A stretch of DNA of 30,663 bases from Macrostomum lignano. Taxonomy: Eukaryota. This document shows positions 1 through 10,943 of the stretch, one piece after another. Numbering within the stretch: the stretch's first letter is position 1; every line of letters begins with the position of its first letter. The stretch lies in contig NIVC01001368.1 in assembly GCA_002269645.1 (NCBI GenBank), positions 249,554 to 280,216 of the forward strand. Direction: 5' to 3'. Made by a program: the position numbers and the translations under genes. A model generated the notes under the pieces. That model did not search any database, had not been told where the DNA came from, and saw nothing but the letters and a program-made list of their open reading frames with translations.

Positions 1-376
1 GTTCAAGTCGGGTAAAGCAACAAAAACTTTTTTGTGGATATTTCCCTCCCTTTCCAGTTTGATTGTTAGACGACCTGGGAAAGGTTCGATCAGTCGTACA
101 GTTTTCTGACCTGTACAGTGCATGTCTGACGAAATGCTCTGCAGACTTTCTGTGGAAGAAATCCGCACATGATAGGCAGCTCAATGAATTTGCTGGCAGA
201 TTATTAATACAAAGTAATCAGGCTTAGCGAAAATCCTTTGTGACGGACTCTGCGTCCACTTTTTCTGCACCGAGAGCCACCGTGGCGCATCTGTTGCCCG
301 GATTAGAGCGCCCTGTACCCCACTGCTACGGTGCCTGTTTCTGCTTTGGTTAAAGCAGCCGCCCTGTCTGACAGTC

Positions 377-436
377 CAGACTTGTAGGGATCAAATCTGA
401 CAGAGCAGACTTGTAGGGATCAAATCTGACAGAGCA
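377..436. repeat. Direct tandem duplication, 29 bp x2
   Basis: CAGACTTGTAGGGATCAAATCTGACAGAG starts at 377 and 406. Confidence 0.9.
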
Positions 437-468
437 ATTTCGAATCCGATAGCGATTTTCAAATCGCA

Positions 469-3400
469 ATGTCCAACTTGGCAAACTCGCTGCAGTCTTC
501 GCTGGAGCAGTTCGTGAGCCGCACTCGGTGAAGGCGAGCTTCCCCATTGACCGGCTGATCAACCGGCTGGCCTTCATGACGGTCATCGTGCAGGCAGTCG
601 CCATTCTGGCTGCAAACTTCGCTGCCCGTGAGAGCTGCTGTCTTCGGAGTGTGGATGAATCCATGTCTGAGAATTCTGAATTATTGCCAAAGGAACAGAG
701 CTTTGACGTGCTGATAATCTATGCTCATAAATCCTATGCTTTTCGATAGTTGTCACTATGGGACCTGGCCAGCGCAGTTGCTGTCAGCACTGCCAAGCAA
801 AGCAGCGAGTTAAGGTTGGGGTTAGGGTTAAGATTAGGCCCGTCCGCATTACCGCCAGTCAAAGTTGCTCAAATTAAATAAAGCAGATGCAACAAAACCA
901 AAAGAAGCTGGAATTCATCTATAGTGCATATTTAGAAAAATTGTCTCACTTATCTATCATTAATCATGTGCTCGCATAACGTACGTCGTATCACACTAAA
1001 TTTACGATCTTAAATTTTTAGCGGGTTTTCAAGATAAAATGTTGTGGATTTTTCTATGCGTACACTCGCACACGTGTTCAAATACACTGTATATTTCATA
1101 GAAAATAACCAGACAACCCTCAAGCGGTTCATGAGTTTTTCTATCGATCTCCTACACTGCATATTAAAACCAAACCCAGCTTCAGCTATGAAAATATGTA
1201 GTCTCGTTCGGATCCATATCATGTCAGGTCACCTGTCCCCATTCCTCCAGAAGCCAAGGTTACGTGCGCCACGGAGGCAGACGGAAGCAAAGAGAACGGA
1301 GTGCGGCGACCGCAGCGACGGCCTCCGTGGCGGACAAGGTGTACGCCGAGTCCTACTGCTACAGTCGCGGCGTGGACCAGACCGGCCTGCCCGATGGCAC
1401 AATACCGGCCAGCTTCGATGGAGTTCTGAGGCACTACTTGCTGCAGTTCTACCTGCCCATTGTGTTTATTATTCAGGTAAAGAGTCGTTAAAATTACCAA
1501 ATTTGAGACGTCAGTAAGTGTAAAAAATGTTGAGCTTCTCCTTATCTCCTCTGATAACAGCCCGACTTTGCGCGTTCTTTAAGTCGAGAACCCGAATCTG
1601 GCAACAAATCCATGAAACCCAACCAAACCGTCTGTAAACCCAGGCAGGGACAGTCTACCTGCCCTACTACGTCTGGAGCCAGACTGCAGGAGAATGTCTG
1701 CGCCAAAACATTCAGTTTGTGGTCGAGCTTTCCAAGAAGCTGCTGGCCGATGATGCGGAAGGCAGCGGTGGCGGCGGTGATGGCTGCAATTCGGAGGAGA
1801 CCTGCCGACACCGGCGGATGCAGCAAGGAAGACCATCGAAGGCCGACCTGCTGACGGACGCGACGCTGAAGCAGCGACTACGGCGCTGGTACTGCAAGTC
1901 GAAGCACACGGGCCGGTACTGTGCTTTCCAGCTGGCCCGAGCGGCCGTCATCGCAGGCTGGATGGCTTTCTACGCCTTCTTCCCGGGCTTCCGTCACGAG
2001 GACGTTCGCTATCGCTTTGTCTGCTACCTGCCGGACTCGCGCGGGACCTCCGGCCATCGCCGTTTTAACTGCGTGCTGCTGCAGGCCAGCATATACGAGG
2101 TCGGCTGGTCCACCAACATGTCTCTGCTGGCCTTCTGCTTGCTGGCCACGGCCAGGCAGCTGTTTTACTTTTTCCCCTTCGTGCTCGGCTGCCGGTGTCG
2201 CCAGTGCCGCACGAAGCGCTGCCTCAGCTCCTGCGGCAAAGAGTGTCGCTCGCACTACTTCCAGCGCATCCTGGGCCTGGTCGTTCAGCCCAAGCGAAGT
2301 GTCGCTGATGAAGGTTTTCCGTTGCTCGGCCGCGGAGGCGGTGGTAGCGGCTACGCTGAGATTGAGGATGGCTGCACTGACTATTTCTCGAACCGACTTG
2401 CCGACAGGTGAGCTGGCGGACCGCATTTTACCGGTAGACTTCAGTCCATTGTGATTTATACATATCGACCGGGCTCACAGTGGCTGAAGCTCTTTAGCGA
2501 GTTTTAATTGCTACTGCATGCACATGTACGAGCGCATGCATCAGCGACGGCATTCCTGGCATCGCAAATAATTTTTTGCACCCAGCACTCGCGTTCATGG
2601 GACCAAAATTTTGCATTATCAAATACCATCGAAGCATGCATTTAGCTTCTTCCCCATCTCGAAACTTCACATCGTCGAAAAGGATCGTTGGTGCCCAATG
2701 CGGGAGGGAGAGAACGCAACACAGTTCGAGAAAAGCTTTAATCAATGCTACGGCCATTCGACTCCGTATTTCCCACGCGCAGTGTTACCCCCCCCCCCTA
2801 AGCGAAGGAGGCCGGGTGCAAAAAGCGCGATGAGAGCACTAGGCGGGGGATTACAAGCTCTAAACCGAAGCATTTTGTTATTGTTTGACTATAAAGACAT
2901 GTACATGGTTGACGATGCCAAGTTTCAAACTTCAAGCAAATAGGTTTTTGGTTTTCTGCATCACTGTAGCATAACAGGACGTGAAGATCATGAAAGTCTT
3001 AGGTCAATTCCTGGAAAAAAATACACTGCGGAGATAGGAAATCATTTTCCATCACAAAATCAATGATTGCATTTGATCTGGGGCAGTGAAGAGTACCATT
3101 CCTTTAATTTAACACGCACGTACATGTTACTGTGCAGTGAAAGTTTTATTCTCACACTGTTTCTTTTTATTTCATAAGCCCAAGCCAAAGCTGTAAAAAC
3201 GCAAGTAAAATTTTAGTTTTGTACCTTCTTGAATCATTGATGTTTTTTAATGAAAAAGGTTTTTGCGATCTCCAGACTCCGCAGTGTACTTTTTAGGAAA
3301 TTGAGCAAAAAATTACTCGATCTTGGAGTTCTACATCATGATATGATACTCGTACAGCGGTCCTAAGCTTGATTCGATAATGTATAAACAGTCTTTGCAC

Positions 3401-3694
3401 CGCAGGTACTATATCTCCCAACTGTGCTACGAGAACAGCCACCTGCTAGATCAGGTAATACCGGATATGGCCGCAGCCAATGCCAGCGATGAGTTCTCGA
3501 GCATGGGCAACCTGGCCTCCATCGCTATGCGGCTGGACCGGCGCGCAGACCAGGTGCGCGGTGAAATGGCGCAGAGCCTCGAGGACGCAGAGGCGAAGGC
3601 AAAATCCGCATTGTCTGCCAAGCTCGGCCGGCGGGCGGTTGAAGCTGCGGATGAGGCAGCGGCAACTGCCAGCAAGGGGAGGAGTTCACAGTGA
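469..3694 (+). CDS. Innexin/pannexin-family large-pore channel protein (pannexin-like), multi-exon; exon 1-2 junction unresolved
   Basis: Exons about 469-627 (MSNLANSLQSSLEQFVSRTR, 1-bp shift, then VKASFPIDRLINRLAFMTVIVQAVAILAANFAA = TM1, cf. pannexin LPLDRIV...LAFAQE); possible microexon 750-808; 1228(or 1251)-1476 (VTC...KVYAESYCY...LQFYLPIVFIIQ); 1644-2407 (AGTVYLPYYVW...LRQNIQFVVELSKK...RFVC...FNCVLLQASIYEVGWSTNMSLLAFCLL); 3406-3694 (stop TGA). Junctions 1476/1644 (phase 0) and 2407/3406 (phase 2, AG|G) are canonical and in frame. Four TM segments with two Cys per extracellular loop match the family pattern. Confidence 0.75.
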
Positions 3695-3824
3695 TGACAT
3701 GCCAGGACTCGCAAACTAACTGCATGGTATGAGCGTCTTTAGAGTGCAAGCGTCTGAGTCCACTGAATCTGGTTGTTCTCCTCACTTTTGCTTTGTGACA
3801 CTGGTAACCAAGGGCAATTTACTC

Positions 3825-3830
3825 AATAAA
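3825..3830 (+). promoter_or_regulatory. Candidate polyadenylation signal of the pannexin-like gene
   Basis: AATAAA about 130 nt after the stop at 3694, in the short gap before the convergent AFG2 stop (4072). Confidence 0.35.
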
Positions 3831-4071
3831 ATGTATTCGGCGACTGGCTTGACATTAATTAAATCTTGTCAATTTTCGCATGGCTATAACGCTATATTGG
3901 CGCAACGGCAGGTGAATGACAAAGTAACAGAGGCGGTAGTCAAATCTTTTTTTCAAAATGCGCAGCAGTGCGAAATGCAGCAACAAAGAGTTCCGACAGT
4001 TTCTATTTTAGAAAATAAAAAAGCGCAAATCCAGCTGCTCAGCCCAGCAAGATGTCAGCCCCTCATTTAAA

Positions 4072-7000
4072 TCAAAAGCCTCCGCAGCCGTGAGAATCTG
4101 CGAATCTGGCGTAGCTGGCCATGGCTGCGGCGGAGGTCCGCGGCCGGACCCGGCCAGCCTCCAGCAGCTGCAGCGCCAGCTTCCAGCTCAGGCCAGTCAG
4201 ACCGTTCTGGACGGACTCAGCTGCGGTCTCCGAGACCAGCGCCGTGAGCTCGGCACCGCTGAGGCCTTCAGTGCGGGCGGCCACCTCCGACATGGCCGCC
4301 GCGGCGTCTTCCTCGCAGCACTGAGGCAGTCGCGCGGATGCCACGGCGAGAATCCGCTGTCGGGAGGCTTCGTCGGGCAGCGGCACGAAGATGAGGCGGT
4401 CCAGGCGGCCGGGGCGCAGCAGCGCGGGGTCCACGCACTCCGGCCGGTTTGTGGCTGCCAGTACGAACAGCCGCGACCGTCCGGCCACGCCGTCCAGCAG
4501 CGTCAGCACCTCCGACAGCACGCGGTTGCCCACGCTGTCGCCGCCGGCGTCCGGCCCGCCGCCGCCGCGGGTCGGCAGAAGGGCGTCGACTTCGTCAAGG
4601 AACAGTACGGCAGGAGCCGCAGCCTGCGCCCGGGTCAGCAGCTCCCGGATGGACCGCTCAGAATCGCCCACGTATCTGGGGATTGCGTGGGATGAGGGGA
4701 TCAAGCTAGTGAGGGAAGTTGAACCGGCAAAAATATTTCTGAATATTGCAGCTTCAATGAGATGCTTGGGATCAGATTCCGTCAGTCTACCGCTACCTAA
4801 CCACTAAATTAAGAAGACACATAAACCACCGCATTCAATATGGCTCGAGCCAATGGTTTACTTGAAGAATTAGGAAGTCAGAAGAAATGCGATAAAAAGT
4901 TTCTAATTTGCAGCTTATCAGTAGCAATTCCGCATCTGTCGCATGTTGACAATTTAAAACAGCATAGGATTGGAACTCACCTCGAGTAGACATCAGCGCA
5001 CTGCACGGCAATAAAGGGCAGGCCGCACTCGGTGGCCACAGCCTTGGCCATCATGGTCTTGCAGCAGCCGGGCGGCCCGTACAGCAGCATCCCAGCAGGG
5101 GGCCGCACGCCGAACTTGGCGAACCGGTCTGGCTCCAGCAGCGGCGCCAGCACGCGGTCCCGCAGCAGCTGCTTCAGCTTGTCCAGCCCGCCGATGTCGT
5201 CCCAGGAGACGCGATCGGCGCTGGTGAGCAGTGCCTGGACTCCCGAGGGACGGAAGCTGCGCAGAGCCTCATCGAAGTCGCGACGCTCCAAGCGCTGGCG
5301 GCCGGCTGTGCGGCTGACGTGCACGGCTGAGGGATTGGCGGGGCTGGGCCGTATTAGCCAATCACGGCTGAGGGATTGGCGGGGGCTGGGCCGTATTAGC
5401 CAATCACGGCTGAGGGATTGGCGGGGGCTGGGCCGTATTAGCCAGTCACGGCTGAGGGATTGACGGGGGCTGGGCCGTATTAGCCAATCACGGCTGAGGG
5501 ATTGGCGGGGGCTGGGCCGTATTAGCCAATCACGGCTGAGGGATTGGCGAGGGCTGGGCCGTATTAGCCAGTCACGGCTGAGGGATTGACGGGGGCTGGG
5601 CCGTATTAGCCAATCACGGCTGAGGGATTGGCGGGGGCTGGGCCGTATTAGCCAATCACGGCTGAGGGATTGGCGGGGGCTGGGCCGTATTAGCCAATCA
5701 CGGCTGAGGGATAGGCGGGGGCTGGGCCGTATTAGCCAATCAGGTCGTCAAACAGTGCGTCAAGAGTCAAGAGAGATGCTCTGTGCTCTGAGAAGATGCA
5801 AATATTGGCCTTTTGCCAAAAAGGAGACAAATGAGGAAAACCACATGCCAATGGAAAATAATTCAAGGCAAATTTCCTACTTTAAGCATTTAATTACGTA
5901 TTTATGCTCTTAGAGGCATAACGAAATGATCCTTTCTGTTGCTGTCAATGAAATGCTTCATTCAACCGCTTGCCATCAGCGAGGAGACACTAGGGAACTT
6001 GCAGAACTCACCCAGCTTGCACAAGCTGATCAGCTCAGATGCCGAGTAGCCGTGCACACGGGCAGCAAACTGGCGCACCAGGCCCGAGTCAGATGGCCGC
6101 ATCGGCTCCGGCAGCCGGTTGAGCTGCCGCTCCATCAGCTGCAAAAGCAGGGAGGCGAGATCAGCTCACCTATACAGTAGGTGTGGCGAGATCAGCTCAC
6201 CTATACAGTAGGTGTGGCGAGATCAGCTCACCTATACAGTAGGTGTGGCGAGATCAGCTCACCTATACAGTAGGTGTGGCGAGATCAGCTCACCTATGCA
6301 GTAGGTGTGGCGAGATCAGCTCACCTATACAGTAGGTGTGGCGAGATCAGCTCACCTATACAGTAGGTGTGGCGAGATCAGCTCACCTATGCAGTAGGTG
6401 TGGCGAGATCAGCTCACCTATACAGTAGGTGTGGCGAGATCAGCTCACCTATGCAGTAGGTGTGGCGAGATCAGCTCACCTATACAGTAGGTGTGGCGAG
6501 ATCAGCTCACCTATGCAGTAGGTGTGGCGAGATCAGCTCACCTATACAGTAGGTGTGGCGAGATCAGCTCACCTATGCAGTAGGTGTGGCGAGATCAGCT
6601 CACCTATACAGTAGGTGTGGCGAGATCAGCTCACCTATACAGTAGGTGTGGCGAGATCAGCTCACCTATACAGTAGGTGTGGCGAGATCAGCTCACCTAT
6701 ACAGTAGGTGTGGCGAGATCAGCTCACCTATACAGTAGGTGTGGCGATATCAGCTCGTTTATAAAGGTGTGGGTTTAACCAGTTCAACACTCAGGTCTCG
6801 TGTCACACTACTGCCAGTAGGCAGAGCAGGGCGTCAGCGACTCACCCTGGCCTTGGCCTCGCCTGTGGGCAGCGGCACAAGGATGCGCAGCTGGAAGAGG
6901 CTGCGCAGCCTCTCATTCAGACTCTTCAGATCGCTGCCGGTGGCAAGCAGCAGAAGGCGGCCGCTGGAGTTCAGCTGCTCCAGCTCTGACGCCAGCACCT

Positions 7001-10000
7001 GCCTCAGGCGGTTGTCAACGCCGGTGCTGCCGGCCCTGGCCTCGCCGAACTGCTCGTCAATGTCCTCAATAAGCAGGCAGGTGCTGCCGCTGGAGGCAGT
7101 TGGTTAACGGGAAAGGTTTAAAAGTATCTTTAATAGAAGCATCTGAGAACTTGAGGCCTTGACAGAGCGGCTCCACAGACCACAGTCTCTTGTGCCAGTG
7201 GACCTAGGCTCCTGTGTGCAGTGGACCTAGGCTCCTGTGTGCAGTGGACCTAGGCTCCTGTGTGCAGTGGACCTAGGCTCCTGTGTGCAGTGGACCTAGG
7301 CTCTTGTGTGCAGTGGACCTAGGCTCCTGTGTGCAGTGGACCTAGGCTCCTGTGTGCAGTGAACCTAGGCTCCTGTGTGCAGTGGACCTAGGCTCCTGTG
7401 TGCAGTGGACCTAGGCTCCTGTGTGCAGTGGACCTAGGCTCCTGTGTGCAGTGGACCTAGGCTCCTGTGTGCAGTGGACCTAGGCTCCTGTGTGCAGTGG
7501 ACCTAGGCTCCTGTGTGCAGTGGACCTAGGCTCCTGTGTGCAGTGGACCTAGGGTCCTGTGTGCAGTGGACCTAGGGTCCTGTGTGCAGTGGACCTAGGG
7601 TCCTGTGTGCAGTGGACCTAGGCTCCTGTGTGCAGTGGACCTAGGCTCCTGTGTGCAGTGGACCTAGGCTCCTGTGTGCAGTGGACCTAGGCTCCTGTGT
7701 GCAGTGAACCTAGGCTCCTGTGTGCAGTGGACCTAGGCTCCTGTGTGCAGTGGACCTAGGCTTCTGTGTGCAGTGGACCTAGGCTCCTGTGTGCAGTGGA
7801 CCTAGGGTCCTGTGTGCAGTGGACCTAGGGTCCTGTGTGCAGTGGACCTAGGGTCCTGTGTGCAGTGGACCTTGGCTCCTGTGTGCAGTGGACCTAGGCT
7901 CCTGTGTGCAGTGGACCTAGGCTCCTGTGTGCAGTGGACCTAGGCTCCTGTGTGCAGTGAACCTAGGCTCCTGTGTGCAGTGGACCTAGGCTCCTGTGTG
8001 CAGTGGACCTAGGCTCCTGTGTGCAGTGGACCTAGGCTCCTGTGTGCAGTGGACCTAGGCTCCTGTGTGCAGTGGACCTAGGCTCCTGTGTGCAGTGGAC
8101 CTAGGCTCCTGTGTGCAGTGGACCTAGGCTCCTGTGTGCAGTGGACCTAGGCTCCTGTGTGCAGTGAACCTAGGCTCCTGTGTGCAGTGGACCTAGGCTC
8201 CTGTGTGCAGTGGACCTAGGCTCCTGTGTGCAGCGGACCTAGGCTCCTGTGTGCAGTGGACCTAGGCTCCTGTGTGCAGTGGACCTAGGCTCCTGTGTGC
8301 AGTGGACCTAGGCTCCTGTGTGCAGTGGACCTAGGGTCCTGTGTGCAGTGGACCTAGGCTCCTGTGTGCAGGCCAAACGCCGAGGCGCAGTTCAAGTGCA
8401 CATCTTACAAGATGGGAGCGGCTGCACGCCTTATGTGAGTTCATGTGCAGCCAAGGACCACTAGTAAAACGACACATTTCAAATTAATTACAAGACTAAT
8501 TTTACTGAAACTGAGAGGATAGAAATCGCTTAGTGTTTTAGCACTAAATTGGCAATCTCTTATCACATGGGCCTCTGAAAAGTTTTCTGTAAAACTCCCC
8601 AACTATTGAAATTCATTTGAGGGCCAGATTTCAAACATAATGTATTTAGGGTGTCCGCAGCCACTTTCCATCACAGCGCAGAGCAGGTGCACGTACCTGG
8701 CAGCGGCTTGTTTCAGAGTAGAGCTCAGATTGGCCTCAGCCTGGCCCAGGTAGCGGCCGAGCAGGCAGTTGCGGTCCAGGCGCACCAGCGGGCAGCGGAG
8801 ACGCCGGCAGACACTGGCAGCCAGACTGGCCTTGCCGCAGCCGCGGGGCCCGCACAGGAAAACTCCGGTGAAAGCAAAGCCGGTCGGGCTGCACAGCTCG
8901 GACACGAACTGCGCCACCGCGGCGCTGAGCTGCTCCTCTTGGCGCTCCAGGCCGAACAGCTCCGGCAGGTCATCGCTGCCCGCTGGCACCGGTGCGGTTG
9001 GGTCAGCATCCAGAGGCTCGAAATAGAGCCTGGTTGCGTCCACTATGCGATACGGCTGTCGGAAATCAGAGGCGGGTCGAAGCGACACGGCGAGCTGGCG
9101 ATAGTCGGACAGGTCCAGACCGCCGGTGCCGCCTCCGCTGCTGGCAGCAGCATCCGCTGCGACCGCCCCACCTGTTCGAGGGGTCCGCCGACCTCGCTTG
9201 GGTGTCTCTGATGGCGTGTCCGGGCTTTGGGGTGGCGCCCGTGGGGAGGCCGTCTCGCTGCTGATGGAGCACTGAGCGGCCAGCGAGTTCGACAGGGAGA
9301 GCTCAGAGCCTTCAGCGGCCGCCACTGACGGAGGCGCGGGCGGCGGTGACGGGGAGATGCGGCAGAACTGCAGGGCCACCTCGGCCCCGAGAATGTTGAA
9401 GCTGTTCACGGTCCCATCCGACACGTAGCAGTTGCCTTGTTTAGACCAAGAAGGATTGGGTGCACTTGTTGAGCTGCATCAGCCTGCCGCAATCAGCTCT
9501 CAATCTACATCAGTCTGTATCAACTCCCTCCCTCTGGAATCAACTCTACTCTGCAATGGTTGTATTTACAGCTACCGTTCGAGCGGACCGCAGACGGGGT
9601 GGTAGAAGTTTGGGCACTGGACTGCTGAGAGCTTGCCGAGTTTGATAGGGAGGAGAGCGGCGGCACCGAGGCGTACAGAACACTGGGCGGAAGTGGATGG
9701 GCTGAGAGCGTACTGACACTCTTCGCAGACATGAGTGGATGGGCTGAGAGCGTACTGACACTCTTCGCAGACATGAGTGGATGGGCTGAGAGCGTACTGA
9801 CACTCTTCGCAGACATGAGTGGATGGGCTGAGAGCGTACTGACACTCTTCGCAGACATGAGTGGATGGGCTGAGAGCGTACTGACACTCTTCGCAGACAT
9901 GAGTGGATGGGCTGAGAGCGTACTGACACTCTTCGCAGACATGAGTGGATGGGCTGAGAGCGTACTGACACTCTTCGCAGACATGAGTGAAGACTTCGAC

Positions 10001-10943
10001 GTGAGAAACGGATTTCAAAGAGTCAGTCAGAAAAAGTAAATACCGAGCAAATATTTTATCTTTCAGACCATGCGCTCATGACCGGCTGACTTCGCCTTGC
10101 TACAATATTTCAGTTCACGATATGTTTCAATTTGCTGTCACCAATCTTCACTTTACTTTAACAACTTAAGTACGCAAGGACTAGAGGGAGAGACCAGGGA
10201 GCGCGAGAGCAGGGTGCGCACACAAATACTGCAGCACACGGTGGCGTGAGCAGGGGGAGGTTGGGTGGGGCTAAGCCACACAGGACTGGGGTGGGGGCAA
10301 ACTTACAGAGTTGAAGGGCGAGTGAGAAAGAAGAGGGTAAGGCTAGCCAATCAGGGGCCTCCGCGGCGAGAGACATGATTGGACTGGCCCAAACGAGAGA
10401 GAAACGAGAAGGGACCGGCCAATGAAAATAGAAACTACGAGACAACTAAAAATGAAAACAAGGCGGCTTAATACAGGGGCAGACTAGAATGAGCAATGAG
10501 CAAGGAGAGGAGAGCTCAAAGGTTGGGCCTTATGAAGCTCACAGAACAGTCATATTGCTTTGCAATCGGCTCCCTCTGCATCACTCACGCAGCCTGTATT
10601 TCAGAATCCTGAGAAGCAGATCCCTGTTGGCTGGCATGGTCTCGCACTCGATGGCCACAGCTGCAGACTCGGCAGCAATGGGGGTCGATGAGATCGGAGA
10701 GAGCTGCAGCTCCTGTTCAGCTGCAGAGGCGGCAGAGTCCGCATCCAGGCAGAACCGCTGGCAGGTGGTCAGTGGCAGGTGGCCGGGGAAGACGCGATTT
10801 CCGCCAAGCGGCTTTGGCTGAGCACCGCCAGGGCAGGGGAACACGGAGCAGCAGTGCTGGGACTGCAGCAGCACGGGCTGCATGATGCGGAGGCCCCAGT
10901 CGGCGAATGCCTGCGCTGGAAGCAGCAGGTGGTCGCCTAGCAT
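4072..10943 (-). CDS. AFG2: AFG2/SPATA5-family double AAA+ ATPase (ribosome biogenesis; D2 motifs resemble SPATA5L1/AFG2B), about 804 aa in the minimal model
   Basis: Exons 10943-10589, 9435-8697, 7089-6846, 6138-6012, 5326-4981, 4675-4072. All junctions are GT-AG with matching phases; total 2415 nt = 805 codons. D2: VSWDDIGGL...GMLLYGPPGCCKTMMAKAVA...ADVYSRYVGDSE...LFLDEVD...LAATNRP...DPALLRPGRLD. The GPPGC.KT Walker A is characteristic of AFG2. D1: GPRGCGKA, LLIEDID. The 5' start and a possible extra exon at 9993-9576 are uncertain. Confidence 0.85.
5322..5742. repeat. Minisatellite, 42 bp x10 (first unit 41 bp), overlapping an AFG2 splice acceptor
   Basis: Unit CACGGCTGAGGGATTGGCGGGGGCTGGGCCGTATTAGCCAAT starts at 5322, 5363, 5405 ... 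5699. Confidence 0.95.
6154..6756. repeat. Minisatellite, 31 bp x about 19, in an AFG2 intron
   Basis: Unit GGCGAGATCAGCTCACCTATACAGTAGGTGT (TATAC/TATGC variants). Confidence 0.95.
7191..8371. repeat. Minisatellite, 23 bp x about 51, in an AFG2 intron
   Basis: Unit CAGTGGACCTAGGCTCCTGTGTG with minor variants (GGGTCC, GAACC). Confidence 0.95.
9692..9989. repeat. Minisatellite, 42 bp x7, possibly exonic in AFG2
   Basis: Unit GAGTGGATGGGCTGAGAGCGTACTGACACTCTTCGCAGACAT. All three minus-strand frames are open; one reads HVCEECQYALSPST x7. Confidence 0.95.

Noticed and set aside
815-838. Telomere-like GGTTGGGGTTAGGGTTAAGATTAGG
   Set aside because: Only one exact TTAGGG; too short to call an interstitial telomere.
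1878-4807. Long antisense or overlapping ORFs (1878-2426, 1921-2454, 4090-4695, 4391-4807)
   Set aside because: These are shadows of GC3-rich exons on the opposite strand or in another frame, with no recognisable motifs.
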